A stretch of DNA of 64,000 nt. Origin: Octopus sinensis. Its lineage: Eukaryota. A program made the position numbers and the translations under genes. Shown in pieces: positions 13,398-24,300 of this stretch (position 1 is the stretch's first letter; each line of letters starts with the position of its first letter). The stretch lies in the NCBI RefSeq assembly GCF_006345805.1, contig NC_043014.1, positions 19,778,001 through 19,842,000 of the forward strand. The letters run 5' to 3'. The notes below the pieces were generated by a model that worked only from the letters and a program-made list of their open reading frames with translations, made no database searches and was not told the DNA's origin.

Positions 13398-14176
13398 TCT
13401 CTTATTATAAAAGGCAGATTTTATCTGCCTCCCTTTGTCACTTATAGAAATCTACAATATAGGATTTCTTCAATTACAATTTACCTAGCATTTTTAAGAG
13501 TAGAATGCATCGGGTTTTGCCAGGTCCAGTTTTTAAAATTTAAACTCCAATTAAGCAAAATTTACAGAAAACTCACATTCTGGTGTGTATGTCAAATGCT
13601 TTTCTTAGTCTGGTTTACAGCACACGCAAACGCACACACACAGTGTGCAACGAATAAAGTGAAACTAGATGTAATATTTGTTTCTGTCTATCACGCTGAT
13701 AGATACATGAGTAAAATGTATGGCAAGCTAACAGATAAGAGTGAGTGAAAATGTTCTTGGAAGAGAGTAAATAGCGACAGAGTGATTTGAGGAAGACTAA
13801 ACTGAAAGTATGAAACAGTGTTTATGTATAAACAGACGACACTTATATAAACCCTTTCGTTACCAAACCGCCCGAATTTACCTATTCATATTTAAATGAG
13901 AATATCAGAGTAAATCTCTTTAGTACATTCGTGAAAACACGTATTATACTTCGTAAACACTTCAAATACAGTTTTGTACAAAAATCGAAGTGTAATTTTA
14001 ATTCCGTGAATTATGGGAGATTTTTTTCCAAAATTTGTTCCTATTGTGTTTTCAAAATTTGTAATTCTGACAAAAAATGGATACGAATTTCATTATCTCA
14101 AGCAGCGAGTCAGAATTCGAAGGATTTTCTACTGAAGACCTTCATAAATCTAACTCTATGACTGAAAAAAAAAGCA
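13398..14176 (+). mobile_element. Probable additional Helitron 5' segment upstream of Helitron H1
   Basis: Starts A|TCTCTTATTATAAAAGGCAG, resembling the 5' ends of the other Helitrons (A|TCTTTATATAA, A|TCTCTCTCTATATAAACGGCAG); it has no CTAG end of its own. Confidence 0.45.
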
Positions 14177-14571
14177 TCTTTATATAAGAGTGAAGTTGTG
14201 TGTCTGTCTCCTACGATTTAGATTCGTAACTACTCCCACATTTTGCGGTGCAGTTTAACCAAAAGCGGGTATCTTATAGTCGTGATTCATATCGAGCCCT
14301 TCTGGGTATTAGCGCGCGTCTACGATGAGTCTACCATTTAAAAAAAAATTACCATCATATTTTTCCATTTTAATGCATTTTTTCGCTTTTATATAAGGGA
14401 AGTAACTCTCTAAAAATATCTACGATGTGTCAACGATTTAAAAAAAAAATTTACCTTAATTTTTTTTCAATTTTTAATGCATTTTTTGGCTATTTTTTGG
14501 CTATAACTCTCTAAAAATGCTTATATAGTTATTTCCCTTACAACCCGAGCAACGCCGGGCGATACTGCTAG
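14177..14571 (+). mobile_element. Non-autonomous Helitron H1
   Basis: 5' A|TC at 14177, 3' CTAG|T at 14568-14571, subterminal GC hairpin CCCGAGCAACGCCGGG at 14544-14559, no TSD; near-identical inverted copy at 37899-38279. Confidence 0.85.
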
Positions 14572-14660
14572 TGTATATATAAAAGTAATTATCTTTATAT
14601 AATTAAATTCTCCAGTTCCATCACTATCATGTCTTCACTTTCAGAAATTCTTCTACATGC

Positions 14661-14860
14661 GAGGCGGCGAGCTGCCGGTCAAAATTCTTTGCAACATTTC
14701 TTGCGACTTTCAGTTCTAATTTCAAATGTCACCGGTGTCACCATTGCCTGTCATTCTTCCGGAAACGATAAAATACGTACCAGTTTATGCACTAGTATCG
14801 ACGCAATCGATTTAACTCCTCACCTAAAACTGCTGGCCTTGTGCTAAAACTTGAAACCAT
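14661..14860 (+). mobile_element. SINE group A (degenerate)
   Basis: GAGGCGGCGAGCTG head, CGATAAAATACGTACCAG core, CTGCTGGCCTTGTGCTAAAACTTGAAACC tail. Confidence 0.7.
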
Positions 14861-16202
14861 ATTTATTCTACATGTAGCTGTCTAAGTCGTTTTTAGCCTA
14901 TTCACTTTCTTATACTTGTTGCCCTCTTTCTCCCTCTCTCTCTCTCTCTCTCTCTTTTTTTCTCTCTCTCCCTTTCTTTCTTTCTGCTAACCTACCTTTC
15001 TCTATTTCTCTATAAATCAATCTTTTTGTCAATCTTTATTGTCTGCTTATGAGTCATGCTAAGGCCTCGCACTCAATGATTTCAGTCAATAGTACTGTCT
15101 CGTTAGTATTTATTTCAGAGTCTGCGACTTATGTTAGCTTTGTTCTTGTCGCACCGCTACCATAAGGAGCACGCGGACAGGTACACGTTGTTGCGTATGT
15201 ATAAGTGATCATGGTTTGTTTGTATACACATGTGTGGTGTATGTTTACGAGTGGACAAAGCAGAGTAGGAGCATACACGAGGACGTGAAGAGGCCACAGG
15301 TGTGTGACGAAGGATTTCCGGACAATAAACATGAGTTGAAATAAGAACAGTAATAAACAAGCGAAGAACGAATATATAGTGCGTGTGTTATTTGACAGAA
15401 AAAAATGACCGTCCCGAAATATAACAATATCTGTTTCAACATATGATTTCACATCGCAGGAATCTTGTAACACAAATTCATAAACGTATAAACACACACA
15501 AACACACACAAACACACACACAAACACAGATAGACAGACAGACAGACAGACACACACACATATTACATATGCAATGGACTTCTGCACAACTCGCCAAATT
15601 CATTGTTAAGGATATTATTCGAAAGCTCCTCACTCATATGCGATGCACGGGCACGAAATCCAAGGCCAAGTAGAAGTGAAACAGTTTTCTATACCACATA
15701 GGTATGTGTGCGGGTGCTGGGGAATTTCTAAGGGACATCACTCTTGTAGGGATTTCGCTTTGAAGCCGAGTGTGACAATATTTCAAATCCTACAAGAGAG
15801 AACGATAACCATATTTTTCAACAACTGGCAAAAGAGCATATATATTCGAGAGCAGCCCTGCCGGTTAATATCCGATTATCTAATATCCAGAACGAAACTT
15901 ATTTCTAAGGTCGGTTGTAATGATTGTGTAATACTGCATTTTTTCTTAATATATCCACTCAATTTACAAGTATACGAATCCCTATTTTTTTCTGACCTAC
16001 GGATAACTAGACGATCATGTGTGTGTGTGTGTGTGTGTGTGTTTGCATGCATATCTGTGTATGTACGTGTATGTGATTATGTATCTATGTATATGTGTAG
16101 TTCATCGAAGGCTAGCAGACGGGAACTTCGAAGTTACTGCCCACCCTTCTTGTAAAAAGTATAATATGTTTTCTGTAAAAAGAAGTGAGGTACTCATCAA
16201 TT

Positions 16203-16375
16203 TAATACCAGTTTCAAATTTTGGCACAAGGCCAGGGGTGTTGGTGGAGGATCCAAGTCGACTACATCGACTCTAGCATTCAACTGATGGAGGACAAAGT
16301 CGAACTTGGACGGAATTTGAACTTAGAAGCTAATGACGGTGGAAGTGCTGTTAATAACCTTGCCAGCTCACCAAC
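16203..16375 (-). mobile_element. SINE group A (degenerate)
   Basis: Reverse complement: GTTGGTGAGCTGGCAAGG..GTTCAAATTCCGTCCAAGTTCGACTTTG..CCTGGCCTTGTGCCAAAATTTGAAAC. Confidence 0.7.
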
Positions 16376-16445
16376 TTCTCATCAGTTTAATATTAAGATA
16401 TTTTAACGTCTTTTTTTGTATAGTTTGATATGACAACAAACACTA

Positions 16446-16534
<89 letters not shown>

Positions 16535-16632
16535 ACGGGAAGCTTTATGAAAATAAACAAAAGACGAAGGCAGGTGGAAAACAAACGAACAATTGTATTA
16601 GTATGGCGCTCAGGAAATATAAATAAAACAAG

Positions 16633-16670
16633 TCTTTAACGTTTCGAGCCTACGCTCTTCAACAGAAAGA
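16633..16670 (-). ncRNA. Minimal type I hammerhead ribozyme-like motif (variant core CUGUUGA)
   Basis: Minus strand: UCUUU-CUGUUGA-A-GAGC(GUAG)GCUC-GAAA-CG-UU-AAAGA. Stem I is 5 bp, stem II 4 bp, and stem III is the palindromic AACGUU typical of PLE dimer-forming hammerheads. One core deviation (A6U); activity untested. Confidence 0.7.
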
Positions 16671-16855
16671 TACACAGAGAGAGAAAAACACAGAAAGAAG
16701 GAGAGAAAAAAAATGCGTGCAGTAGCTAACGAATCAACATGGCGATCTGATTTCGGCCAGAGGTCAAAGATCAAACATGAGACGCGAGAGCGAAATAAGG
16801 GGAGATAATAGGGTTGATAAAAGGGTTGAGGGACCAGCTAAAAGTGCGTGGGAGG

Positions 16856-16903
16856 GGTCTGGATGTGTCTATGTATAGGGTTGGTGTATGTATTAGTATG
16901 TAT

Positions 16904-16946
<43 letters not shown>

Positions 16947-17195
16947 AGAGAGTATTAGTGCGTAAGATTGGTCTGGACATGCGTATGTATGGGGTTGGTG
17001 TATGTATTAGTATGTATTAGTATGTATTAGTACGTATTGGTATGTATAGGTATGTGTGTGTGTGTGTGAGAGAGTATAAGTGCGTATGCGGGGTCTGGAC
17101 GTGTGTATGTATAGGGTTGGTGTAAGTATTAGTATGTACTAGTATGTATTAGTACGTATTAGTATGTATTAGTTGGTGTGTGTATTAGTATGGCA
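16856..17195. repeat. Three degenerate 114-122 bp tandem units in the PLE 3' region
   Basis: GGTCTGGA..TATGTAT(A/G)GGGTTGGTGTA.GTATTAGTATGTA starts at 16856, 16970 and 17092; internal (AGTATGTATT)n and (TG)n. Confidence 0.85.
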
Positions 17196-17469
17196 CATCA
17201 TATGTGATGTGATGTGTAAAGTCATGTGGTGTAGTGAGGAGAAGAGGGGGAGGGGGAGAAGAGGGGGGATAGAAGGGGAGGGGAAGAAGAGGGGGAGGAG
17301 AAGGGGGAAGAGGAGAGGATGGGGGAGAAGGAAGGGGAGAGAGGGAGCAGAGGGAAGGGGAAGAGGGAGGGAGAAAGAGGGAAGAAGGGAAGGGGAGTAG
17401 GGGTGAAAGGATGAAGGACTGAAGAAGTAGGGGTCGGGGGAGAAAGGATAGGTGAGGAGGGGGGTGGGG

Positions 17470-20375
17470 TTAGATGAGGAGCGGGGGGGAGAGTTGAGAC
17501 CAAATGGCGTATAAGAGCGAAGAGAGAAGATTAATTCCTGTTCACGGCGCAAACGGGAATCCGGATGGCCTCTGTGTAAGGACAAACCGAACACAGATAG
17601 GTGTTGCAAGGAGTGACCGGTGGAGCGGAAATGGCGTGAGACCGGTGTGTCGTTCGCAAGGTGGATGTCACGAAGGTGTTCCGCGAACCGGTCAGCCAAG
17701 CGGCGTCCCGTTTGTCCGATGTACAAGGAATTGCAGAGAGAGCAAGAGATGCAATAGATAATATTGCTGGAGGTGCAGGTGAAGGAGTGGATGATGGGAT
17801 AGGGTCGATGGTGGGTGCTAGTGAGGCGGGTGGTGTTGGAGAGGTAAGTGCAAGTGCGGCAACGTGGGCGGAGCAGGGAACGAGCCGGGTTGGGAGGTAG
17901 GGTCAGGGAAGGAGCTATGGACCAAAAGGTCTCGAAGGTTGTGGGCTCGTTTGAAAGAGGGGAGGGGTCGGTTAGGGAAGAGGTGTGAAGTGGACGGGTC
18001 GGACTGGAGATGACGGAAAGCTCGAAGAATGGTGCGTTGGAGACGTAGGGTCGTGGGGTGGTAAGTGAGGGGAAAAGGGAGGCGGGAGACTACAGGGCGG
18101 GTTCGGGGAGAGAGAGCAGATACACGGTCCACGGACCGTGCTCTGGCAAGGGCGGTGTGGATAGTGGTGAGGGGGTATCCACGTAGGGTGAAGTGGTGAG
18201 CCATACGTTGAGACTGAGTCTCAAAGTCATGGTCGTCACTACAGAGCCTACGTAGACGGAGGAATTGGGAATAGGGGATGGAAAGCTTGGTGTGTTCTGG
18301 GTGGGAGGAAGAGAAGTTGAGGTATGAGTGTGAGTCTGTGTGTTTGTAGTGAATGGAGGTGGTAAGAGTGGAGTGAAGAATGCTAACCGAAATGTCGAGG
18401 AAGGAGACAGAGGTATTGGAGATAGTGGAAGTGAAGTGGAGGGCTGGATGGAAAGATTGGACGAAAGAGAGGAAGGAATCTAGATGTTCGCGGGAGAGTG
18501 AGGTGGCACCGATAATGTCGTCAATATAACGACCATATAGTTCAGGAGTGGGACCAGTGAAATTAGAGAATATTTGGGCCTCAACATAGCCAACGAACAG
18601 GTTCGCATAGTTGGGGCCCATTCGCGTTCCCATGGCCACTCCCGAGACCTGATGGTAGAACTCGCCCGCGAACGAGAAGCAGTTCAGAGTAAGGACAAGT
18701 TCGGCCAGACGAATGAGTGTGGAGGTGTCAGGTACAGGGTTAGAGCGGAGGTCAAGAAAGTGTCGAAGGGCCTGCAGTCCTTCGTGGTGAGGGATAACAG
18801 TATAGAGGCTTTGGATGTCCATAGTAAAAAGGATTTTGGAGGAGCCGGGAGGAAAGGAGAAAGAGTTGAAAAGCCGGAGAGCATGGTTGGTATCGTGGAT
18901 GTGGGAGGGAAGAGATGCCACTAGGGGGGCAAGGACACGGTCGAGGTATTTAGAGATGAGCTCCGTGGGGCAGTTACAGGCGGAGACGATGGGGCGGCCA
19001 GGGTTGTTGGGTTTGTGGATTTTGGGGAGGAAGTAAATGGTGGGGGTACGTGGGGTTCGCACAATTAGGTTGGATGCGGTGCGGGGGAGACGGGAGGACG
19101 AGATGAGGTCTTGGACAGTAGAGGATACCGTCTGTTGGTAGCTACGTGTGGGGTTAGAGGGCAGAGGGGAATAGAAGGAGGTGTCATTGAGTTGGCGGAA
19201 AGCCTCGGCCCTATAGAGGTCCGCGCGCCACACCACTACTGCTCCACCCTTGTCAGCCGGTTTGATGATAATGTCAGCGCGCCGTTGGAGGGAACGAAGA
19301 GCCAAGAGCTCAGCCGGGGAGATGTTGAGGCGGCGTTGGCGCCTGGAGAAGTTGAACCGCTCCAATGCACGCTGACAAGCGCCCGCGAAAAGATCCACTG
19401 CTAGGATCTGGCCAGGGGCAGGCGTCCACGGGGATGGTCGGCGGCCCAGGCCAGTGAAGCAGTCGTCCTCTTCGTTGGGTGTGGTGGCGAGTCGTGGTAA
19501 TGCGCACCCAACCGGACACGGCGCACAAAGCTGTGGACATCAACTCGCGTCTGGAATTCCTTACAGGATGGAGTGAGGGGGATGAAACGCAGACCCCTAC
19601 CAAGGACGGAGCGTTCAGCCGCAGAGAGGGGAAGATCGTGGGGAATGGTAACAACAGACGGAAGTGGAGAAGGGGTGGATGGAATAGAAGTAGGAGGGGT
19701 GGTAGGTCTCGTGGAGGTCTGAGGGGGAGGGATTGGAGAGGTGTGTGGGGGGTGGTTGGGCGGGGCAGTAGGGTTAGGTGTAGGTGGATGGAGCCGAACG
19801 GGAGGGGAGAAGGGGTTGTAGGGAGGGGCAGTGGGGTTAGGTGTGGGTGGATGGAGCCTATCGGGAGGGGAGAAGGGTGGTGGAGGAGTTGGGGTAGTGG
19901 CGTCGGGTAGGGTGGAATGGAAGAGTGATTGGAGTTTACGAAGTTTGGTATCAGAAAGAAATTGATGGAAGAGTTGATTCAAATGGATAATGAAGCGTAG
20001 CGTGTTTGGAGCATAGAGAGGCGGCAGAGAGGAGAAGAAGGTGGAGAAAGCAGGAGGAAGAAGGCGGTTGATGGCATGTAGTTTGGAGAGATTGGAGCGA
20101 ATGGTGGCCCGCATAAGGCGGTAAGATGTGGTGCGGAGTATGGGTAAGATGGAAGAATCCGAGTGGAGAGCAGGGTGGAAGTGGAGGCGGAAACCTTTAG
20201 GGATGAGTCGGTGATGTAGGCAGCGGCTTAGGAAAGAGACATGGCTAGAGAAGCGGGTTTTTTTAAAAAGAAGTAGAGAGAGATTAACGGACGGCTGAAG
20301 GCAATATACAGGAAGCGAACGTAGATGATCCTTCAAACGGTGATGGAGGGTGAGGAGGTAGGACCTAGGATCCAT
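17470..20375 (-). CDS. PLE polyprotein (reverse transcriptase + GIY-YIG endonuclease), frameshifted as assembled
   Basis: N-term FLSRCLHHRLIPKGF; IIIKPADKGGAVVV; RT motifs LPKIHK, GRPIVS, FTMDIQSLYTVI, GVAMGTRMGPNYANL, YGRYIDDIIG, VSFLDISV; linker (C)S(R)PRCRTC; EN FTCTSSNIIYCISCSLCNSLYIGQTGRRLADRFAEH..EQELIFSL..PFGLN. Frame breaks at 19477-79, 17876-78, 17870-71 and 17483-89. Confidence 0.9.
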
Positions 20376-21039
20376 ATACATATACATATTCATGTATATA
20401 TAGATAAGCGTGTATGTATACACACACACTTATATATGTAAATATATATGTATATATGTGAGTGTGTGTGTATCTGTATATATGTATATACACATATTTT
20501 CATGTATGTATTTCAAACTTATATATTTGCATGTACAAGTTTCCGTGCGCGTGCAGCTCCCTAAGTGTCTGTGTGTCGATAAAACGGTAGTTTGTTACAT
20601 TACCTAGTTCGTTGGCACACGTATTTGATCATCAGAAGCTTTAATACAATTTCAATCTCAAGTTACAGAACGAAACTTAATGTTATGTGCCAATCTACGA
20701 ACGATTTGCAACACGCTTTTGATGTGTTGATGACGTTATATGCACAGTTGAATTGCAGACGACAAGAACATTTTACAAGAAAAATAACTGTCCCCAGTGA
20801 AGAAAATACAAGTTTAACAGCATTTAGAAAGGAAAACAAGGAAGGAAAGTGTTGGCTAGCTTCCAAATTTGGTCAAATGTGATTTTAAACATCGTTTGAA
20901 AAGAAATGGAAAGAAAAATAATGTGTCGCTTTGGAATCCTTCCATTTTAACATTATTTTTGTCTTCGTCGTACATTAGGATTCTTCCTGTGGTGTTAGAA
21001 TCATTACTGTTGTTGATTGATGCAGATGTTTTTGCTGTT

Positions 21040-21132
21040 GCTGTTGTTTTGATGCTGTTGATGATGATGATGATGATGATGAACATGATTATTATTAGTA
21101 TTATTATTGTTGTTGTTGTTACTATTGTTGTT

Positions 21133-21182
<50 letters not shown>
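21040..21182. repeat. (GAT)n/(TTG)n/(TTA)n trinucleotide array
   Basis: Directly visible. Confidence 0.9.
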
Positions 21183-21350
21183 GTGGCGAAATGTTTAGCG
21201 GTATTTCATCCGTCTTCACGTCGAGTTCAAATTCTGCTGAGGTCGATCGTTTCGTGATCGATGAAATAAATACCAGATGAATACTGAGGTTGATGTAATC
21301 GACTATCCCCATCCCCAAAAATTTCAGGCCTTGTGTCTATAGTAGAAAGG
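21183..21350 (+). mobile_element. SINE group A, 5'-truncated
   Basis: GGCGAAATGTTTAGCGGTATTTCATCCGTC..GAGTTCAAATTCTGCTGAGGTCGAT..AATTTCAGGCCTTGTGTCTATAGTAGAAAGG followed by (ATT)n. Confidence 0.75.
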
Positions 21351-21377
21351 ATTATTATTATTATTATTATCATTAAT

Positions 21378-21409
21378 ACTACTACTACTACTACCACCAC
21401 CACCACTGA

Positions 21410-21478
<69 letters not shown>

Positions 21479-21510
21479 CACTACTGCTACTACTACAACT
21501 TCAACTACTG
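21378..21510. repeat. (ACT)n microsatellite
   Basis: Directly visible. Confidence 0.95.
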
Positions 21511-21744
21511 CTGCTGATTTACGTGTGCGTATATAACCTAGCTTATGTGTGTGCATTTGTATGTGTATGACAATTTACATACACCTTTCAACGATTACAA
21601 ATTTTCATATACACATACATACATACACAAAGGAATACATACACACACATATACACAGACACATACAAACTTTAGAGGCATTTTCACTGAGCAACGCATA
21701 CACCACACACGGACACTTTCCAGACCAACGCAGTTATCTATACC

Positions 21745-21799
21745 TGACGTCAGCCTAAATGTCACATATGCCTTACACGTTTTGGTGTGTATGACGTCA
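21745..21799. promoter_or_regulatory. Pair of perfect CRE palindromes (TGACGTCA)
   Basis: TGACGTCA at 21745-21752 and 21792-21799 in non-repetitive sequence; function is inference. Confidence 0.35.
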
Positions 21800-22032
21800 C
21801 ACCGAACGAGTTTTTTTGTGTGTACGCGGAAGGTGCTACATAGCAACATTATATAACTTAGAAATTCTGGCACCTAGACACAGCCACTCTTTTATTCATT
21901 ATTATACACCACTTCAAAGATGGAAGTCGATGCTGAGTGAATTTGAACTCGGAACATTATAATATGTGACGTTAAACAAAAGAGGAATTCAGTAATTCGA
22001 TTAATAGAGTTCAATAACATTAGAGCCGGAAT

Positions 22033-22573
22033 ATATTCTTATCTACTCTAGGCACTAGGTCCGAAATTTTGTGGGAGGGGGCCAGTTGATTAGATCAACT
22101 CCAGTATGTAACTGGCACTAAATCTATCGACCCCGAAAGAATAAAAGGCAAAGTCGACCTCAGCGGAATTTGAACTCTGAACCTAAAGACAGAGACGAAA
22201 TAGCTATTTCTTTACTGCCCACAAGGGGCTAAACATATAGTGAACAAACGGATGAAGTCGATTATATCGACCCAGAAAGGATTAAAGACAATGTCGACCT
22301 CGGCAGAATTTGAACTCAGAACGTAACGGCAGACGAAATAACTATTTCTTTACTACCCACAAGGGGCTACACAGAGGGGACAAACAAGGACAGACAAACG
22401 TATTAAGTCGATTATATCGACCCCAGTGCGTAACTGGTACTTATTTAATCGACCCCGAAAGAATGAAAGGCAAAGTTGACGTCGGCGGAATTTGAACTCA
22501 GAACGTAGCGACAGACGAAATACCGCTAAGCATTTCGCCCAGCGTGCTAACGTTTCTGCCAGCTCGCCGTCTT
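22033..22573 (-). mobile_element. Tandem trimer of SINE group A (one full copy + two headless copies)
   Basis: GTCGACCTC.GC.GAATTTGAACTC recurs at about 22152, 22292 and 22475; junctions at GAAATA(G/A)CTATTTC (22197-22210, 22335-22348). Confidence 0.9.
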
Positions 22574-23024
22574 GTACCGAAATATATTCAGAGCTCTATA
22601 TAACGGAGTAAAAAAACAAATATGTGGTAGAGACGGTGAGCAAACATGATCAGAATGGAATCACAGAAAACAAGAGGAATATTAAAGAACATATCGTTAT
22701 TTCTTTCAACATATTTCGAAAGAATACGATATACACACATCGGTTAAGGATAGGCATCATCTACAATACACTCCTTGGCGATCACACACACACAGACGTT
22801 GTTTAATCTTTTACCTGTTTTTGCCATGCTGCAGCTTCACCTGCAAGGATTTGATCACACGAATCCATCCCAGTACTTATCTTTTGAAAGTCTGTTGCTC
22901 ATGCTATCGTTCTCATTTCTCAAACTGCTATGTCACGGAGATCTACAGAAACCGGCACAGGTTGTCTAGCTGTGGCAGACACAAATACAAGCACAAGGCC
23001 ACATAGATGCAAACACATCTTACA

Positions 23025-23140
23025 TACATACATACACACACATACATACATACATACATACATACATACATACATACATACATACATACATACATACATA
23101 CATACATACATACATACGTATGTACATACATACATACATA
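23025..23140. repeat. (CATA)n microsatellite
   Basis: Directly visible. Confidence 0.95.
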
Positions 23141-23345
23141 CACGCACACACACGAAACATACACATATATATATTACAAAAATTGAACAAATATACAAGA
23201 AACGGAAAATTTTACAGAACCATAACAAAGAGAAAATCCGTAGCTAATTTCAGGTAAAAATTTAAATAAGTTTTCAAACAGATGAGATAATGCTTCGGTT
23301 ATGACGGATATGACTCCCGTTACTGGCGAAGTATATATATATATA

Positions 23346-23474
23346 TTGATAAAAATTGTAAGATAACAAATGAAAGAAAGAGATCTCGATAATAAGTAAA
23401 TAGAGGAATTTATCTGTAAATGTAATATGTAATATTGGTTACCGAATGATTGTCACATATTACATTTACAGATA
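23346..23474. mobile_element. (TA)n-embedded repeat with 20-bp terminal foldback; related to 30445-30560 and 31530-31600
   Basis: GTAAGATAACAAA(T)GAAAGAAAGAGA.CTC.ATA..GTAAATAGA.GAATTTATCT is shared among the copies; inverted repeat at 23411-23430/23455-23474. Confidence 0.65.
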
Positions 23475-23502
23475 TACATACATACATACATATATATATA
23501 TA

Positions 23503-24300
23503 CTAGCAGCATAGCCCAGCGTTGCCCGGGTATATAAGAGCCCCTAGTAGGCAACGACTAATCCCATTCTACTCCTTTCCCTCTAGGGAACGAAGGCGCA
23601 TGTGTAGGTTGCAATGTCTTCTCTTCACTCCCAAATAACTATCAAACAGCTATCGATAATTCAACCCAACCAATTCCTACCAGGAAAAAATTACATTTGA
23701 GACTTTACCCCCACTTCTGCTAATAGCTGCTGCAGCCGCAAGTTATTCAAATACTTTTTTTTGTTTACACTTTCTTTATAACTACCACCCCAAACGTTTT
23801 ACCTTAAATTTTTGACGCACCCTAAGGGTCCTCGGACGCTACTTGCAAACTCTTGGTTTATCATAAACTGCTTTTGTCGTGTGCACCGAAAAACCTTTTC
23901 CATTCGTTTGTTCAGTTTGGTCACTTTTGACTTTTTCGTTGTTGTCACTCACATTGCTGCCCGCTTTTTTGCCGTTTTTGTACATTTTTATACATTTTGG
24001 GATACTTACCCCACGTGTTCCGAGAGTTAAAAAGGTCGAGTTGCGTCCCCTAGACAGTCTGTAGAAAACGTGTTGCATATAAAAAGCTTAGATTCTCGAC
24101 CCATGTCGAATTTATCAATTTTGTTTCAGAACTGGGGGAACTTTTCAAAATTTTCACTGCGTTAGTTTTGAATTATGACATTGGGCTATGTGTGTGTCAA
24201 GTTTCATCAGAATCGGTTGAAAGCCGTGGTCAGGGTGAGGGTACAACCTGACAGACACACAGACACACAGACACACAGACACACAGACAGACAAACTGCC

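Larger units (their letters stand above)
16534..20375 (-). mobile_element. Penelope-like retroelement, Neptune-type (RT + Cys linker + C-terminal GIY-YIG), inserted in a TA-rich microsatellite
   Basis: ORF motifs listed under the CDS. The 3' end abuts (TA)n at 16471-16533 and the 5' end abuts TA/CA-rich sequence. The 3' region contains tandem repeats and a hammerhead fold. Confidence 0.93.

Noticed and set aside
15132-15441. Possible solo LTR (TGTT...AACA with AATAAA)
   Set aside because: No target-site duplication, no PBS/PPT and no second copy.
15741-15798. 14-bp inverted repeat CTCTTGTAGG(G)ATTT / AAATCCTACAAGAG
   Set aside because: Short, with an indel, and no ribozyme core or terminator context; significance unclear.
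17173-19910. Plus-strand ORFs overlapping the PLE (17173, 17504, 17661, 18574, 18815, 19111, 19479)
   Set aside because: Antisense shadows of a GC-rich coding region; no motifs.
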